A DNA stretch of 64,000 bases, taken from assembly GCA_013362805.1 (NCBI GenBank), contig JABFVL010000058.1, forward strand, positions 38,805-102,804, given 5' to 3'. How positions within the stretch are numbered: position 1 is the first letter of the stretch; each line of letters opens with the position of its first letter. The DNA is from Mycobacteriales bacterium. GTDB lineage: Bacteria; Actinomycetota; Actinomycetes; Mycobacteriales; QHCE01. Below are positions 8,506-18,226 of this stretch, in pieces. The notes under the pieces were generated by a model. The model was not told the origin of the DNA, ran no database searches, and saw only the letters and a list, made by a program, of their open reading frames with translations. The position numbers and the translations under genes are program-made.

Positions 8506-11360
8506 GCTCCGAATCGGCCCCGTTTCTGTTCAGCACCCCGATCGGGCGTGGCCCCGTATCTTATACCCGGCGCACCATCACATTGGTTAACAACGTTTTT
8601 CATGCGTTCTTCCACCCTCGCCAGATAATCGAGCCGAAAGCCAGGTTCACGCACACATTTCTCGAGCCACTTCTGGGCTTTGCGCAGGGAACGCTTGGAG
8701 GGCCGCGTTACCGGGGATACCGAAAAGCCCGACGACAACAGACGCACTGGTGCCACCCCGCCAGCGATAAGCCTAATGTCCTGGTCCATGAGGCTTTCAG
8801 CTAGAGCCATCTTTGTTGCCATCAATGAAGCATCAACGCGAAAGCCACTAGTGGTCGCCGAATCGGGACGCACGCCACCGGATTGGGCGGCCGCTTGGAA
8901 AGCATGAGCGAGCAAACTTCCGTCGAAAGCGACACTTCCATTAGCCCGACGAGCGAACGACGAATTACTCACAGCCCGCGCCAGCTCCACGTAGTTGTCA
9001 TCGTCCATTGTGGGCGAAAATCGAGTCCCGGTCGGGAACTGCCGGGTCTCATCGGGAAACAGAGCCGGCAAACGCAAATGCTCGGGCAACCACGGATTCA
9101 TGTTCGAAGCGAGCAGCTCCATGACCGCGACATCACCAAGCTGCTTCTCATGCCAACGATCGAACGCAGCGGCAGCCGAAACAGCCGACACTCGCGGATC
9201 ACCATTGCCGGCGGGAACAAGTGATTGTGAGAAAGTCCCTCGTTGAACCGCCGCGTGAAAACGGGAACGAAGTACCTTCGAACCCCGTTCGGCGAGTGCC
9301 ATTTCGACGTTGGTGAGATCGACCTTCGTATCCTCACTGGTGGCCAAATTCAGCGAAACCGCTTCGGAACCAATCGCTGTCGGCCGACCACGAAAATCGC
9401 TTACTCCAGTCACCACCCGGCGCAAGCCTTCGTCAATCGCGTCAAGTTCACCAATGAGCGCGGCAACGCGCGGGTGCTGTTGAAGAAGTCGCCCAACGTC
9501 GGCGCGCTCATCAATATTCGCGGCTTTCGCACGTGCTTTGTCGAGCACATGTTCAGAAACAACACCCTGCACAGCAGCGGCGTAAGGGCCCAACGCCGAG
9601 GAGACCAGGAGCCCAGGAGCTAGCGACCGCACTTCGGGGATCGCGAAAGCCACCGCCGCCATCGCCCCGGCCGCGATAGCGGCTTTAGTGGCCTGCTTAA
9701 AGAAGTACACCGCACTATTGAATTTGGGGCGTTCCGCTTCCCACCCATGCAACGACGATGCTCGGACGCTGGGCAAACCCCATGACGCCACCCGCACGCG
9801 TCTACGCAAAGCATCATCGGCCAAACGTTGCTCTACGTTCACACTGCCGGCCACCGCAGCCTCATCATCGACTTTGTCCGCCTGCAAACGTGCCATCGTC
9901 AAAACAGTCACCGCGGTGGTAGCCAAGCCAGGCAAGCCCAACACCGCATACGCTGCTTGACCAGCCCAGGCAGCACCAGCGGAAGCAACCGCGCTGGCGA
10001 TAAGCGGTGCGGCCAACAGGCGCGCGCACCAACGTTTTATCTTCGGCACGCCTTTCGGCGCGGCACTAGTCCGCAAACGGCCCAATTGCAGTCCAGCGCT
10101 CTCACACTCACTCCGGGCTCGCGCCACCAGCCCTTGGTGTGAAGCGAGGCGCTCATAAATGAAGGCGTCCTGCCGCGGGGTTTTACCCAGCACCTCATTA
10201 ATGGCCAGGTGTACTTGCCGCGATCGTCTCTCCAATTCGGCCAATTCCTGTACCGGTTCACCACGACCCGCGATCTCGGTGGCTTGCTTACTTAACAGCT
10301 CAGCGACGAGTAACGGAGAAAAAGAGCTCACCTCGTTAATCGTCGATCCAATGCTGTTGGTCAAGCGTCGACCTGCGATCTCCGCATACAGCGCGGCCGA
10401 ACCACCCCCGGCGGCCTGAGAACCACTTAGTCGCAAGGCAACATCTGTCACGGCGCCCCCCACCGTGCCTATCAGATTGTCAATGAGCGGCGGTTTGACG
10501 CGCAGATGTAACGGCGCGTCATCACGACGCTTGCGACCCCAGCGAGCGGAGGTCAACAGCATCGAATACAACACGCCTGGTAATGCGCTGACGGTCGCGA
10601 AAAGGTACCGACCTTGTTGACCAGGATCGCTGCTCACGGGCACCGCGGCGAGCGAGGCTAGTCCTGGAATAAGCGCACGCAGAAAAGCGCCTGGCACTGT
10701 ACCCGTCTCGCGGTCAGCGAATGGGCGAAAGCGGCCCCAGCGACTGCCGTGCAGCCGCACGGGCCCTTCAGCATCGGGCACGGCCTGAAACGCGGCGACG
10801 CGACGGTGTCGGACTGCATGTGCCCGGCCCAGCAGCGGAACGCGGAGCCCATGTGAGTGCAAAACACGCTGGATCTGGACCCGATGATGGCGGCGTTGTT
10901 TTCGACCGAGGACTTCCATGCCATGGGCTCGCCCAGCGTTGGCCAGCCAGGCCAGCTCCGCATAGGTTCGCGGGTTGGTATCGGTTTCCCCCGCACTGTG
11001 TTTTACGGATCCGACGAAATAACCCAAAATCGGCGTGAGCGCCGAAGCCGCGGCTCGTCGCAACTCGACACCGTGCGCACCGCTCGCGGCCGGCACCGGA
11101 CTACTGGCTACACCGCCGGCTCCACTTGCGGCAAGGGCTCCGGTGTCATCAATAGACACATCGAGTCCGTAACTATGACCATTGTGGTGGGTCACAAACA
11201 CCCGGCTGCCGTCAACACGGATGTCTCGCACGCCCAAGACTCGCGCTAGCTCTGGCGCCGAATTCATCGCGGCAGAAAGTAACCGAGTGTGATGGTCGCT
11301 TCGGCGCCACGCCTGTTGTTTATTGCGAGATTGAAGAACACGCACAAAGAAATTAGCCAC
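8487..11360 (-). CDS. large hypothetical membrane protein (957 aa), family unknown
   Basis: One long uninterrupted ORF. Several hydrophobic segments are present (LIPGLASLAAVPV, YLFATVSALPGVLYSMLL, LLAAPLIASAVASAGAAWAGQAAYAVLGLPGLATTAVTVLTM, AAIAAGAMAAVAFAI). I recognised no catalytic or domain signature. Confidence 0.7.
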   Translation of the reverse strand: MANFFVRVLQSRNKQQAWRRSDHHTRLLSAAMNSAPELARVLGVRDIRVDGSRVFVTHHNGHSYGLDVSIDDTGALAASGAGGVASSPVPAASGAHGVELRRAAASALTPILGYFVGSVKHSAGETDTNPRTYAELAWLANAGRAHGMEVLGRKQRRHHRVQIQRVLHSHGLRVPLLGRAHAVRHRRVAAFQAVPDAEGPVRLHGSRWGRFRPFADRETGTVPGAFLRALIPGLASLAAVPVSSDPGQQGRYLFATVSALPGVLYSMLLTSARWGRKRRDDAPLHLRVKPPLIDNLIGTVGGAVTDVALRLSGSQAAGGGSAALYAEIAGRRLTNSIGSTINEVSSFSPLLVAELLSKQATEIAGRGEPVQELAELERRSRQVHLAINEVLGKTPRQDAFIYERLASHQGLVARARSECESAGLQLGRLRTSAAPKGVPKIKRWCARLLAAPLIASAVASAGAAWAGQAAYAVLGLPGLATTAVTVLTMARLQADKVDDEAAVAGSVNVEQRLADDALRRRVRVASWGLPSVRASSLHGWEAERPKFNSAVYFFKQATKAAIAAGAMAAVAFAIPEVRSLAPGLLVSSALGPYAAAVQGVVSEHVLDKARAKAANIDERADVGRLLQQHPRVAALIGELDAIDEGLRRVVTGVSDFRGRPTAIGSEAVSLNLATSEDTKVDLTNVEMALAERGSKVLRSRFHAAVQRGTFSQSLVPAGNGDPRVSAVSAAAAFDRWHEKQLGDVAVMELLASNMNPWLPEHLRLPALFPDETRQFPTGTRFSPTMDDDNYVELARAVSNSSFARRANGSVAFDGSLLAHAFQAAAQSGGVRPDSATTSGFRVDASLMATKMALAESLMDQDIRLIAGGVAPVRLLSSGFSVSPVTRPSKRSLRKAQKWLEKCVREPGFRLDYLARVEERMKNVVNQCDGAPGIRYGATPDRGAEQKRGRFGACLKLS

Positions 11361-11497
11361 GGATCGCCCTTGCCACGAGAGTCGATGACGTCAACGCAGC
11401 GCCAGGCGACCTGGCTTACCCCAAAAGGGGAATAACAGTTGCGGGACAGCGCCGGACTCACACCGGACTTCGCTACACGCTGCGTTTTCAGTTCAGT

Positions 11498-11545
11498 TGA
11501 ACGCGGGTGACGTTACCACCGCACGTGGGTGTTCCGCCGCGTTCA
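11498..11545 (-). terminator. stem-loop downstream of purC
   Basis: TGAACGCGG ... CCGCGTTCA forms a 9-bp stem around a 30-nt loop that is itself partly self-complementary and contains CACGTG. It sits about 16 nt after the purC stop. There is no clean U-tract. Confidence 0.35.
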
Positions 11546-11560
11546 GTGATACTTCTCGCG

Positions 11561-12406
11561 CTATGACCACGTGTTTCCGGTCAAGCGCTCGTATACCTCG
11601 ATGTAGCGCGCCCGAGTGGCCTCAACGATTTCGTCGGGAACCTCAGGAGCTGGAGGTTTCTTGTTCCACCCGGTGCTGGCCGCCCAGTCTCGCACGAACT
11701 GTTTGTCGAATGCGTGCTGCGGCCCGCCTGGTCGCCAAGAGTCGGCGGGCCAAAACCGGGAAGAGTCAGAGGTCAATACCTCGTCCGCCAATACCAGTGA
11801 GCCCTCGCTAGACCAGCCCAGCTCAATTTTGGTGTCGGCGACGATGATGCCGTGTTCGGCGCCGATTTCGGCACCCCGGCGATAGATCTCAAGGGTGATC
11901 CGCTTCAACTCGTTAGCGGTGTCGGCGCCCACTTTGGCTACTACGTCGTTAAACGTGATGAACTCGTCATGTCCCACTTCGGCTTTGGTGGTGGGAGTAA
12001 AGATGGGCTCGGGCAGTTTGGAGCCCTCAACCAAGCCTTCGGGCAGCGATACCCCGGAGACCGAGCGCCGCGTTTCGTATTCGCGCAGACCCAGGCCAGC
12101 CAAGTAGCCTCGCGCGATGCACTCGACAGGGACCATCTCGAGCCGCTTGCAGCGGATGGCCCGTCCGGCGAACTCGGCGGGAACATCGTCGGCGGAAATC
12201 ACGTGGTTGGGCACCACGTCGGCGAGTTGCTCGAACCACCACAGGGATAGCTGGGTCAGCAACTTCCCTTTGTCCGGGATGAGGGCGGGAAGCACCGCGT
12301 CATAGACCGAGACCCGGTCGGTGGCCACCAGGATCAGATCCTCGCCATCGGCGTATACGTCCCGTACTTTGCCGGAGTGAATCAGTTCCACGCGACTACC
12401 CTTCAC
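11561..12406 (-). CDS. purC: phosphoribosylaminoimidazole-succinocarboxamide (SAICAR) synthase
   Basis: 281 aa. It has the N-terminal SGKVRDVY...LVATDRVSVYD block and the actinobacterial long-form PurC layout. The start is GTG at 12406. Confidence 0.9.
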   Translation of the reverse strand: MKGSRVELIHSGKVRDVYADGEDLILVATDRVSVYDAVLPALIPDKGKLLTQLSLWWFEQLADVVPNHVISADDVPAEFAGRAIRCKRLEMVPVECIARGYLAGLGLREYETRRSVSGVSLPEGLVEGSKLPEPIFTPTTKAEVGHDEFITFNDVVAKVGADTANELKRITLEIYRRGAEIGAEHGIIVADTKIELGWSSEGSLVLADEVLTSDSSRFWPADSWRPGGPQHAFDKQFVRDWAASTGWNKKPPAPEVPDEIVEATRARYIEVYERLTGNTWS

Positions 12407-12410
12407 CAGT

Positions 12411-12442
12411 AAATGACCTGGGCCTTAATGCCCAGGTCATTT
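12411..12442. repeat. perfect 13-bp inverted repeat with a 6-nt spacer, abutting the purC start
   Basis: AAATGACCTGGGC-cttaat-GCCCAGGTCATTT, read directly. It ends 4 nt upstream of the purC GTG and about 80 nt downstream of the MMPL stop. Confidence 0.8.
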
Positions 12443-12471
12443 ATATAGCGACCGGTTCAGAGCAAAGGCGA

Positions 12472-12508
12472 GGGGGCCGCCAGACGGGTATCTGGCGGCC
12501 CCCTTTTT
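12472..12508. terminator. GC-rich hairpin with a flanking T/A tract, downstream of MMPL gene 1
   Basis: GGGGGCCGCCAG-acgggtat-CTGGCGGCCCCC followed by TTTTT on the + strand, which reads as an A-run before the stem on the - strand. It lies 13-49 nt after the stop of the minus-strand MMPL gene. The orientation of the U-tract is therefore ambiguous. Confidence 0.55.
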
Positions 12509-12520
12509 CAATCGAGCTAC

Positions 12521-14719
12521 TTATTTGCGAGTGGCCTCGGCCAGCTCCGCGTCTTTGCTCGCGGCAGCGCCGTCCTTGTGGGAAGGCATGTCGCCATGTC
12601 CAGGCCACCAGGCGAAGTGTCCGAGCATCTTGGTGAGCGCGGGCACCAGGAACATGGACATCACGAAGGCGGATAGAGCGATACCAATCGCGACGGATGT
12701 TCCCATTTCCTGCATCATGTCGGCGTCTGCGAGCAAGAAGGTCGCGAAGCTCGCGGCCAGGATCAGACCAGCTGAAGCGACGGTGGGCGCGACGTGCACG
12801 AACGCCCTCTCGGTTGCTTCTTTAGGCGCGTGACCCTCTTGCGCTTCTTCTCGCAGCCGGGCAATCGTCAAAATGTTGTAGTCAGTACCCAGGGCGACCA
12901 CGAACAAGTAGACGATCAGCGGCATGAAGAACAGCAAACCGTTGTGGTTCATCAAGCCCTGGAACAGGAAGCTTGAGGCACCAATGGTTGCCGCGAAGCT
13001 GAGCACCACCGCGATGATCAGGTAGATCGGCGAGATGACGCTGCGGAGTAGCAGTCCCAAGATGATGGCGATGAGCACACCAGCGATGGGGAATACCACT
13101 TTGTAGTCGCGGTTCATGGAGTCGTTGAGGTCCACGAAGATCGCGGTGGTTCCACCGACAAGCACCTCGGTGCCCTCCGGTGCGGCCTCGTGCGCTACTG
13201 GCCGCACGTGGTCGCGGATGTTGTCCATGGCTTTGCTAGATGTTGGGTTGTCCTCGAGCTCAACTTCGAGCTTGGCCACGGTGCCGTCTTCGCTCAACGA
13301 CATCTGTGGGTTGAACTCTGGAACGTCACCGACACCCTCGGCGCCGTCTAGCGCTGTGGCGACCTGGTTGATGTCTTCGTCGGAGAGCTTTTCGCCGTTT
13401 TCGCTGCGGATGTACACCTGGGTGGCGTCAAACGCACCGGGCGGGAAGCCCTTCTTCATGTCTTCCATGCCCAGGTAGGAATCGGTGTCCTTAGGCGCGG
13501 CAGCCATTTCGTAGCTGGGCTTGAACTGGAACATGCCCACACCGAGAACGATCAGGATCAGCGCGGAAACCGCCGCGAAGATGGCGGGCTTGCGACTGAG
13601 AGCTTTACCGATCTTGGTGGAGATTCCGTGCTTGGGCTGAACTTTCCAGGCTTTCGAAGGCCAGAAGATCTTGGGTCCGATGAGTGATACCACGGCGGGG
13701 ATCAGCGTCAGCGAGGCGACAAGAGCGGTGGCGACCGCGATTGCCATGGATGGGCCCATGGAGCGGAGCATTCCGAGCTGGGCGAACAGCAGGGCACTGA
13801 AGGCGATGATGACAGCGCCAGCGGAGGCGGCGATGACTTCACCAACACGGTGGACCGAGTTGGCCATGGCCTCTTTCTTGTCTTCGCCCATCCGCAGGCG
13901 TTCGCGGTAGCGGAAGAGCAAGAACAAGATGTAGTCAGTACCCACACCGAACAGCACGATGGGCAGCATTGAGGCGCTGGTCTGGTCGGCGGTGAGGTTG
14001 AAGGCCTTGGTGACGATGTTGATAAGTGAGTTGGAAACCGCCAACACCAGCATCACGGTGATGATGGGCATGAGCGCCGCGAGAATGCCTCGGAAGGTGA
14101 CCAGCAACAGCACGAAGATAACGACGATTGTCGCCATGAACGTGATCTTGTCGCTCTCTTCGAAGGATTTGGTCGAGTCGTAGTTGGTCGCCGCGTTACC
14201 GGTGAGGCGCAGGTTCACACCTTCGATGTTGGCGTCTTTGATGCCGTCACGGAGCTGTTCAACGGAGTGTTCGTATTTGGTGACGTCAGTGGTGTCGAGC
14301 TGAATGGCAAGGGTTTGGACTTTGCCATTGGGTGACACCATGTCGGGTCGAACAGCGGTGATGTGATCAATCTTCTTGCCGTCGAGCGTGGACGCGAGCT
14401 GATTGATTTCTGCCTGCTGCGGCTCGGTGAGAGCTTGTCCGTCCTTGCGGATGGCCACAACGAGTGCGGTTTCACCTTTGTTGTCCGGGAAGGCTTCTTC
14501 TTGTACCTTTACCGCACGCACGCCTTCATACTTTGAAGGAAGGAAGTCGGATTGGTCATTACTCGGCTCCACGGTTGGGGCCGATAGGACGAGCACGGCG
14601 GCGGCAATCACCCACGCCAAGATCGTCAACCATGGCCGCCCGACTACGAGTCGGCCAATACTTTTGAACACCGCATTCCTCCTTGTAAATAACGTGCGAG
14701 AACCCGACACCCTGGGCAC
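12521..14719 (-). CDS. MMPL family (RND superfamily) membrane transporter
   Basis: 732 aa with 12-TM MMPL topology, two periplasmic loops, and conserved GTDYILFLLFRYRE and GTDYNILTIARLRE blocks. Confidence 0.88.
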   Translation of the reverse strand: MPRVSGSRTLFTRRNAVFKSIGRLVVGRPWLTILAWVIAAAVLVLSAPTVEPSNDQSDFLPSKYEGVRAVKVQEEAFPDNKGETALVVAIRKDGQALTEPQQAEINQLASTLDGKKIDHITAVRPDMVSPNGKVQTLAIQLDTTDVTKYEHSVEQLRDGIKDANIEGVNLRLTGNAATNYDSTKSFEESDKITFMATIVVIFVLLLVTFRGILAALMPIITVMLVLAVSNSLINIVTKAFNLTADQTSASMLPIVLFGVGTDYILFLLFRYRERLRMGEDKKEAMANSVHRVGEVIAASAGAVIIAFSALLFAQLGMLRSMGPSMAIAVATALVASLTLIPAVVSLIGPKIFWPSKAWKVQPKHGISTKIGKALSRKPAIFAAVSALILIVLGVGMFQFKPSYEMAAAPKDTDSYLGMEDMKKGFPPGAFDATQVYIRSENGEKLSDEDINQVATALDGAEGVGDVPEFNPQMSLSEDGTVAKLEVELEDNPTSSKAMDNIRDHVRPVAHEAAPEGTEVLVGGTTAIFVDLNDSMNRDYKVVFPIAGVLIAIILGLLLRSVISPIYLIIAVVLSFAATIGASSFLFQGLMNHNGLLFFMPLIVYLFVVALGTDYNILTIARLREEAQEGHAPKEATERAFVHVAPTVASAGLILAASFATFLLADADMMQEMGTSVAIGIALSAFVMSMFLVPALTKMLGHFAWWPGHGDMPSHKDGAAASKDAELAEATRK

Positions 14720-14917
14720 CCTTATCGAGGTTAATCGGGGGTATGACAGAAGCGCGAATTCTTATAAATAGAACTACAACATATCTGGCGTTTGTCCTAT
14801 TTTATTCTCAGCCTGATCACAGTTTCGACAGATTATTTTGCCCGGCCACGCCGACTAACTCGCAGGTCGTGGCCCCCTCAACGTCGCGACTGTCGAGATG
14901 TGGCACCGTTCACAAGC

Positions 14918-16144
14918 TCAGGAGCGAGTGATCTTCACCTGATAACTTCCGTCGGAATTTTGAGCGGAAACTTCGACCACCGCACCGCTTTCCGGCGCCT
15001 GGAATGATTGCCCCACTTTCAAAGGCGCTTCGACAAAGCGCCTGTTGTTTTCCCAACTCATCGACGGTTTATCACATTTGAGTGACGAACCTGGGTTCGC
15101 ATTGTGAACCGAGATCGGCCGGGACCCAGAGGCCACTGTTGTGTCCACCCACGAGATCAACACCCCTTGGCCGCATTGACCCTCATCGTTGCCTGATAGA
15201 TCTCGCGCTTCGACCGTCATCGCCCGGGAGTCCGAGACTTTCACCACCGCGATCTTGCTGCCGCCGGGGCGGGCAACTGGAACGAGCGAGTGATTGGTAG
15301 CTCCTGGCGACGTCACACAATCAACCTGCGTGTTCTCGAGCCAGCCCAGCTTCCATTTGTGCCAAGCCAGCATGTCGTTGTTCGCACCCCAGTCCGAGCT
15401 CATCACGTCCCAATGCCCCACCTGATCTGGCTCGTCCGCATATGGATAGAGATCCGGGAGCCCAAGGGTGTGGCCATTTTCGTGCACGAGCACGCGGTAG
15501 CGGTTCGCGGTGTTCCCATCCACATCTTGGTGGTTGTATACGAACGATGTATTGCGAAAGGCCGGCCCGTCAGCCGTGACAAAGGGCTCCATTTGCCAGG
15601 TGACGGAAAGTACGGTGTTTTGTTCCGCGCCCGCATTTGGTGTGGCGATGACGTTGTATATGTCGTAGCCAGCGAAATTGACATCTTTATCAGCCACTGA
15701 GATGAGATCTCGAATCAAGCGGGCATATGTCGCCTCGGCGGATCCTCGTGCAACTCCATATGAGCGAAAACTTTGCGGCATCGTGAAATACCGAAGGACC
15801 GGGTTATTCTCGTACACCATTTTTCCAAACGAGGCTGACTTATACCAGTTCTGTGTTTGCGGGAAGAATTCGTCATGGCGAACCTGCACTCCGGCGGTAT
15901 CTCGGACATCCGGAAAGTCGATAAAAAGGGTGAGAGCCTTCACGTTTCCGATAGAGGGCGCGTGATTCGGCAATGGGGTGAGACTTTCCGCGCCGGTCCC
16001 GGTGAGTGCACATTGGCCGCTGGGAAATTCGTGTTCATAGTCTTGACGAGCGCCAGCATTGTTTGACCCGCCCATGATGACGCAGGCACAAATCGCGACG
16101 ATACCTACAATGCGCTTGCCTAGTTCATTTCCACGCTCACGCAT
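14918..16144 (-). CDS. secreted M6-like (immune inhibitor A-like) zinc metalloprotease
   Basis: 408 aa with an N-terminal signal-like hydrophobic segment (IVGIVAICACVIMGG). The zinc motif VLVHENGHTLGLPDLY is HExxH followed by GLPD-x-Y, as in the M6 family. Confidence 0.75.
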   Translation of the reverse strand: MRERGNELGKRIVGIVAICACVIMGGSNNAGARQDYEHEFPSGQCALTGTGAESLTPLPNHAPSIGNVKALTLFIDFPDVRDTAGVQVRHDEFFPQTQNWYKSASFGKMVYENNPVLRYFTMPQSFRSYGVARGSAEATYARLIRDLISVADKDVNFAGYDIYNVIATPNAGAEQNTVLSVTWQMEPFVTADGPAFRNTSFVYNHQDVDGNTANRYRVLVHENGHTLGLPDLYPYADEPDQVGHWDVMSSDWGANNDMLAWHKWKLGWLENTQVDCVTSPGATNHSLVPVARPGGSKIAVVKVSDSRAMTVEARDLSGNDEGQCGQGVLISWVDTTVASGSRPISVHNANPGSSLKCDKPSMSWENNRRFVEAPLKVGQSFQAPESGAVVEVSAQNSDGSYQVKITRS

Positions 16145-16435
16145 AATGGCCTCCCCAATAAATGAGGTCAGGCCATTGGGCGTTTCTACTTTGGTGAATT
16201 TTCACGCCTTATCGCCATCACCTCACTCTCATTCGAGCGAACGCTGCGAAATGAGCGGAAATTGCGCTGTGATTTCTCCATAACTGAAAAATGTCGTATT
16301 TTGTACACATAGTACGTATAATTTTAGAACTTGCGGATAGTCACGACTTTCGTAGTAATCGGTGTTTGATCCAGAGACAGGTGAATGCCTAACAGGAATT
16401 AAACTTTGCGCATCCAACGCGGATTCGCGCCACAT

Positions 16436-17338
16436 TTAATCCGAGAAGAGCGGCACTTGGACAAATGAGATCGACATATCAGGGTGCGGATAAGGCCAGA
16501 TCCCATCACCAATGTCCCCTCGCATTTTCCGTACATGACGCAAGAAAGCTGCGGCCCCGTCGACGTGTAGTTTCTGCACCGAACTCGGCCAATCGATTGG
16601 CTTTGATTCCAGGCCGTCGGTCGACACAATGAGAGTCGCGCCAGGACGCACTTTAAAATCGGTCGTTATCGCATAATCCGCCGCTATAGGTTCAATGCTT
16701 GCCAACCAAAAGGTTCTATCCGGCAGATCAATACGATTCCGCACCTCGTGGTACGGCCGCTCAACGCGTTTAAGTAGAGCTATTCGCTCATCAAGAGACC
16801 TGACGGTTCGCCATTGCGCGTGTTGACGTTTCCACGCCGCCCACAACTCGACATTTTCTGGGTTTTCACATGCCCGCGTATGCCGATCATCACTGAACCG
16901 CCGGACTGAGTTGCCGTCCACGACAATCAGCGAGGTATCAGCTAACCCGGCGCTACGCACTCGTAGCCCCTCCACAACCGCAACCATCATGGCCGCAGCC
17001 GGGTGATCCACATCCGAGATTCCACAAGCATGAATATCCCGCACATGCTCAATCGCCTCTCGCAACACGAGGCGGGGCTCGCCATCAGCAAGCAACGCGC
17101 CAATGCGCAGCCCATCTTCTAAAGCCCGCACATGCCATTTGGTGTCGTGGACACATTTCGCACCCGCGTAAATGTTGACGCCATCAATCGCATATAAGAC
17201 CGTGCGACCCATCGGATCTTGGAAGACGCCCGCGGCATCTTGATTGTCTTCTAGCTGACCCGAGGCGGCGCAGGTGGCCGCGTCCGCCAGCAATGCTGAC
17301 CCCGATAACGAAGTAACTAGGAAGCAAGGAAGAGACAT
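16436..17338 (-). CDS. hypothetical protein, possibly a PP2C/SpoIIE-like phosphatase fold
   Basis: 300-aa ORF. It shows weak PPM-like blocks (YAIDGV near the N-terminus, MMVAVVEG, TLIVSTDGL near the C-terminus). Assignment is by eye only. Confidence 0.4.
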   Translation of the reverse strand: MSLPCFLVTSLSGSALLADAATCAASGQLEDNQDAAGVFQDPMGRTVLYAIDGVNIYAGAKCVHDTKWHVRALEDGLRIGALLADGEPRLVLREAIEHVRDIHACGISDVDHPAAAMMVAVVEGLRVRSAGLADTSLIVVDGNSVRRFSDDRHTRACENPENVELWAAWKRQHAQWRTVRSLDERIALLKRVERPYHEVRNRIDLPDRTFWLASIEPIAADYAITTDFKVRPGATLIVSTDGLESKPIDWPSSVQKLHVDGAAAFLRHVRKMRGDIGDGIWPYPHPDMSISFVQVPLFSD

Positions 17339-17452
17339 GGCTTGAGACTAGCGATATAGCGGGCCCAGAAAGACCAAAAATGATCACTCGAGATTGACGA
17401 TAAACACCGCCATGCTTTGACCAGCCGCGGATCAGGGCATGGCGGTTGTTCA

Positions 17453-18226
17453 TCAGCGATAGTGCACATCCACGTCACCGCCGGACGTGTGTGCTGAGAT
17501 CACGCTGGTAGGCACGGCGCTTTCTCGCACGCTAATCCCCACATGACCGCCATCAGCACGACCGTCGACTCGGTAGTCGCCACCCGCGGGCAGGGCGACC
17601 TCCACATCTCCCCCACTGCTCTTAGCGCGGGCAGAGATAGGTGGTGACACGAAATCGAGCTCAATATCGCCGCCAGCACTCTCAGCGTTGACCGAGCCTT
17701 GCGCGCTCACTATTGAGATGTCCCCACCGCTGGTGTTAGCTCGCAGCGATTCAGCGCTGCCAATTACTGAGACGTCACCGCCGCTGGTGTGGATAGTGCC
17801 CACGTCTCGCACGCTATCGGTCTCCACATCGCCGCCACTGGTCCGGATGGTCACTCGCACATCTTCAGGAACTTCAATCTCATAATCAATCGAACAATTA
17901 TCGAAAGCCCCGTCGCAATCTCCAGCGGTTATTTCCAAGCGATCGCCCACGAATACTTCCTTGAACTGCGGTTTCGTATCGCCATTCCACACAATGTGAC
18001 GGGACACGGCGACCTCTCTTCCTGGGCTGGTGCGTACCGAAACGTCCCCCGCTTCCAAATCAATGTCCAGGGCGCTTATCGCGCGTGAATAAGTGCTGCG
18101 TTCGGTACGGTCAATGTCGTTGGTATCGGCAAATAATCCGATCCACGCACCGGCAACGCCGATCGCGAGCACAGCGACGGTCAGCACCCCACCAAAGGTG
18201 ATCCACATCGGCCTGTTGATTTTCAT
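17453..18226 (-). CDS. DUF4097-type beta-strand repeat protein (LiaG-like putative adhesin), membrane-anchored
   Basis: 257 aa with an N-terminal TM. It carries six repeats of (T/S)(S/A)GGD(V/I)-x-(V/I/L), namely TSGGDVETD, TSGGDVSVI, TSGGDISIV, SAGGDIELD, SSGGDVEVA and TSGGDVDVH. It overlaps the response-regulator stop by 4 nt. Confidence 0.8.
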   Translation of the reverse strand: MKINRPMWITFGGVLTVAVLAIGVAGAWIGLFADTNDIDRTERSTYSRAISALDIDLEAGDVSVRTSPGREVAVSRHIVWNGDTKPQFKEVFVGDRLEITAGDCDGAFDNCSIDYEIEVPEDVRVTIRTSGGDVETDSVRDVGTIHTSGGDVSVIGSAESLRANTSGGDISIVSAQGSVNAESAGGDIELDFVSPPISARAKSSGGDVEVALPAGGDYRVDGRADGGHVGISVRESAVPTSVISAHTSGGDVDVHYR

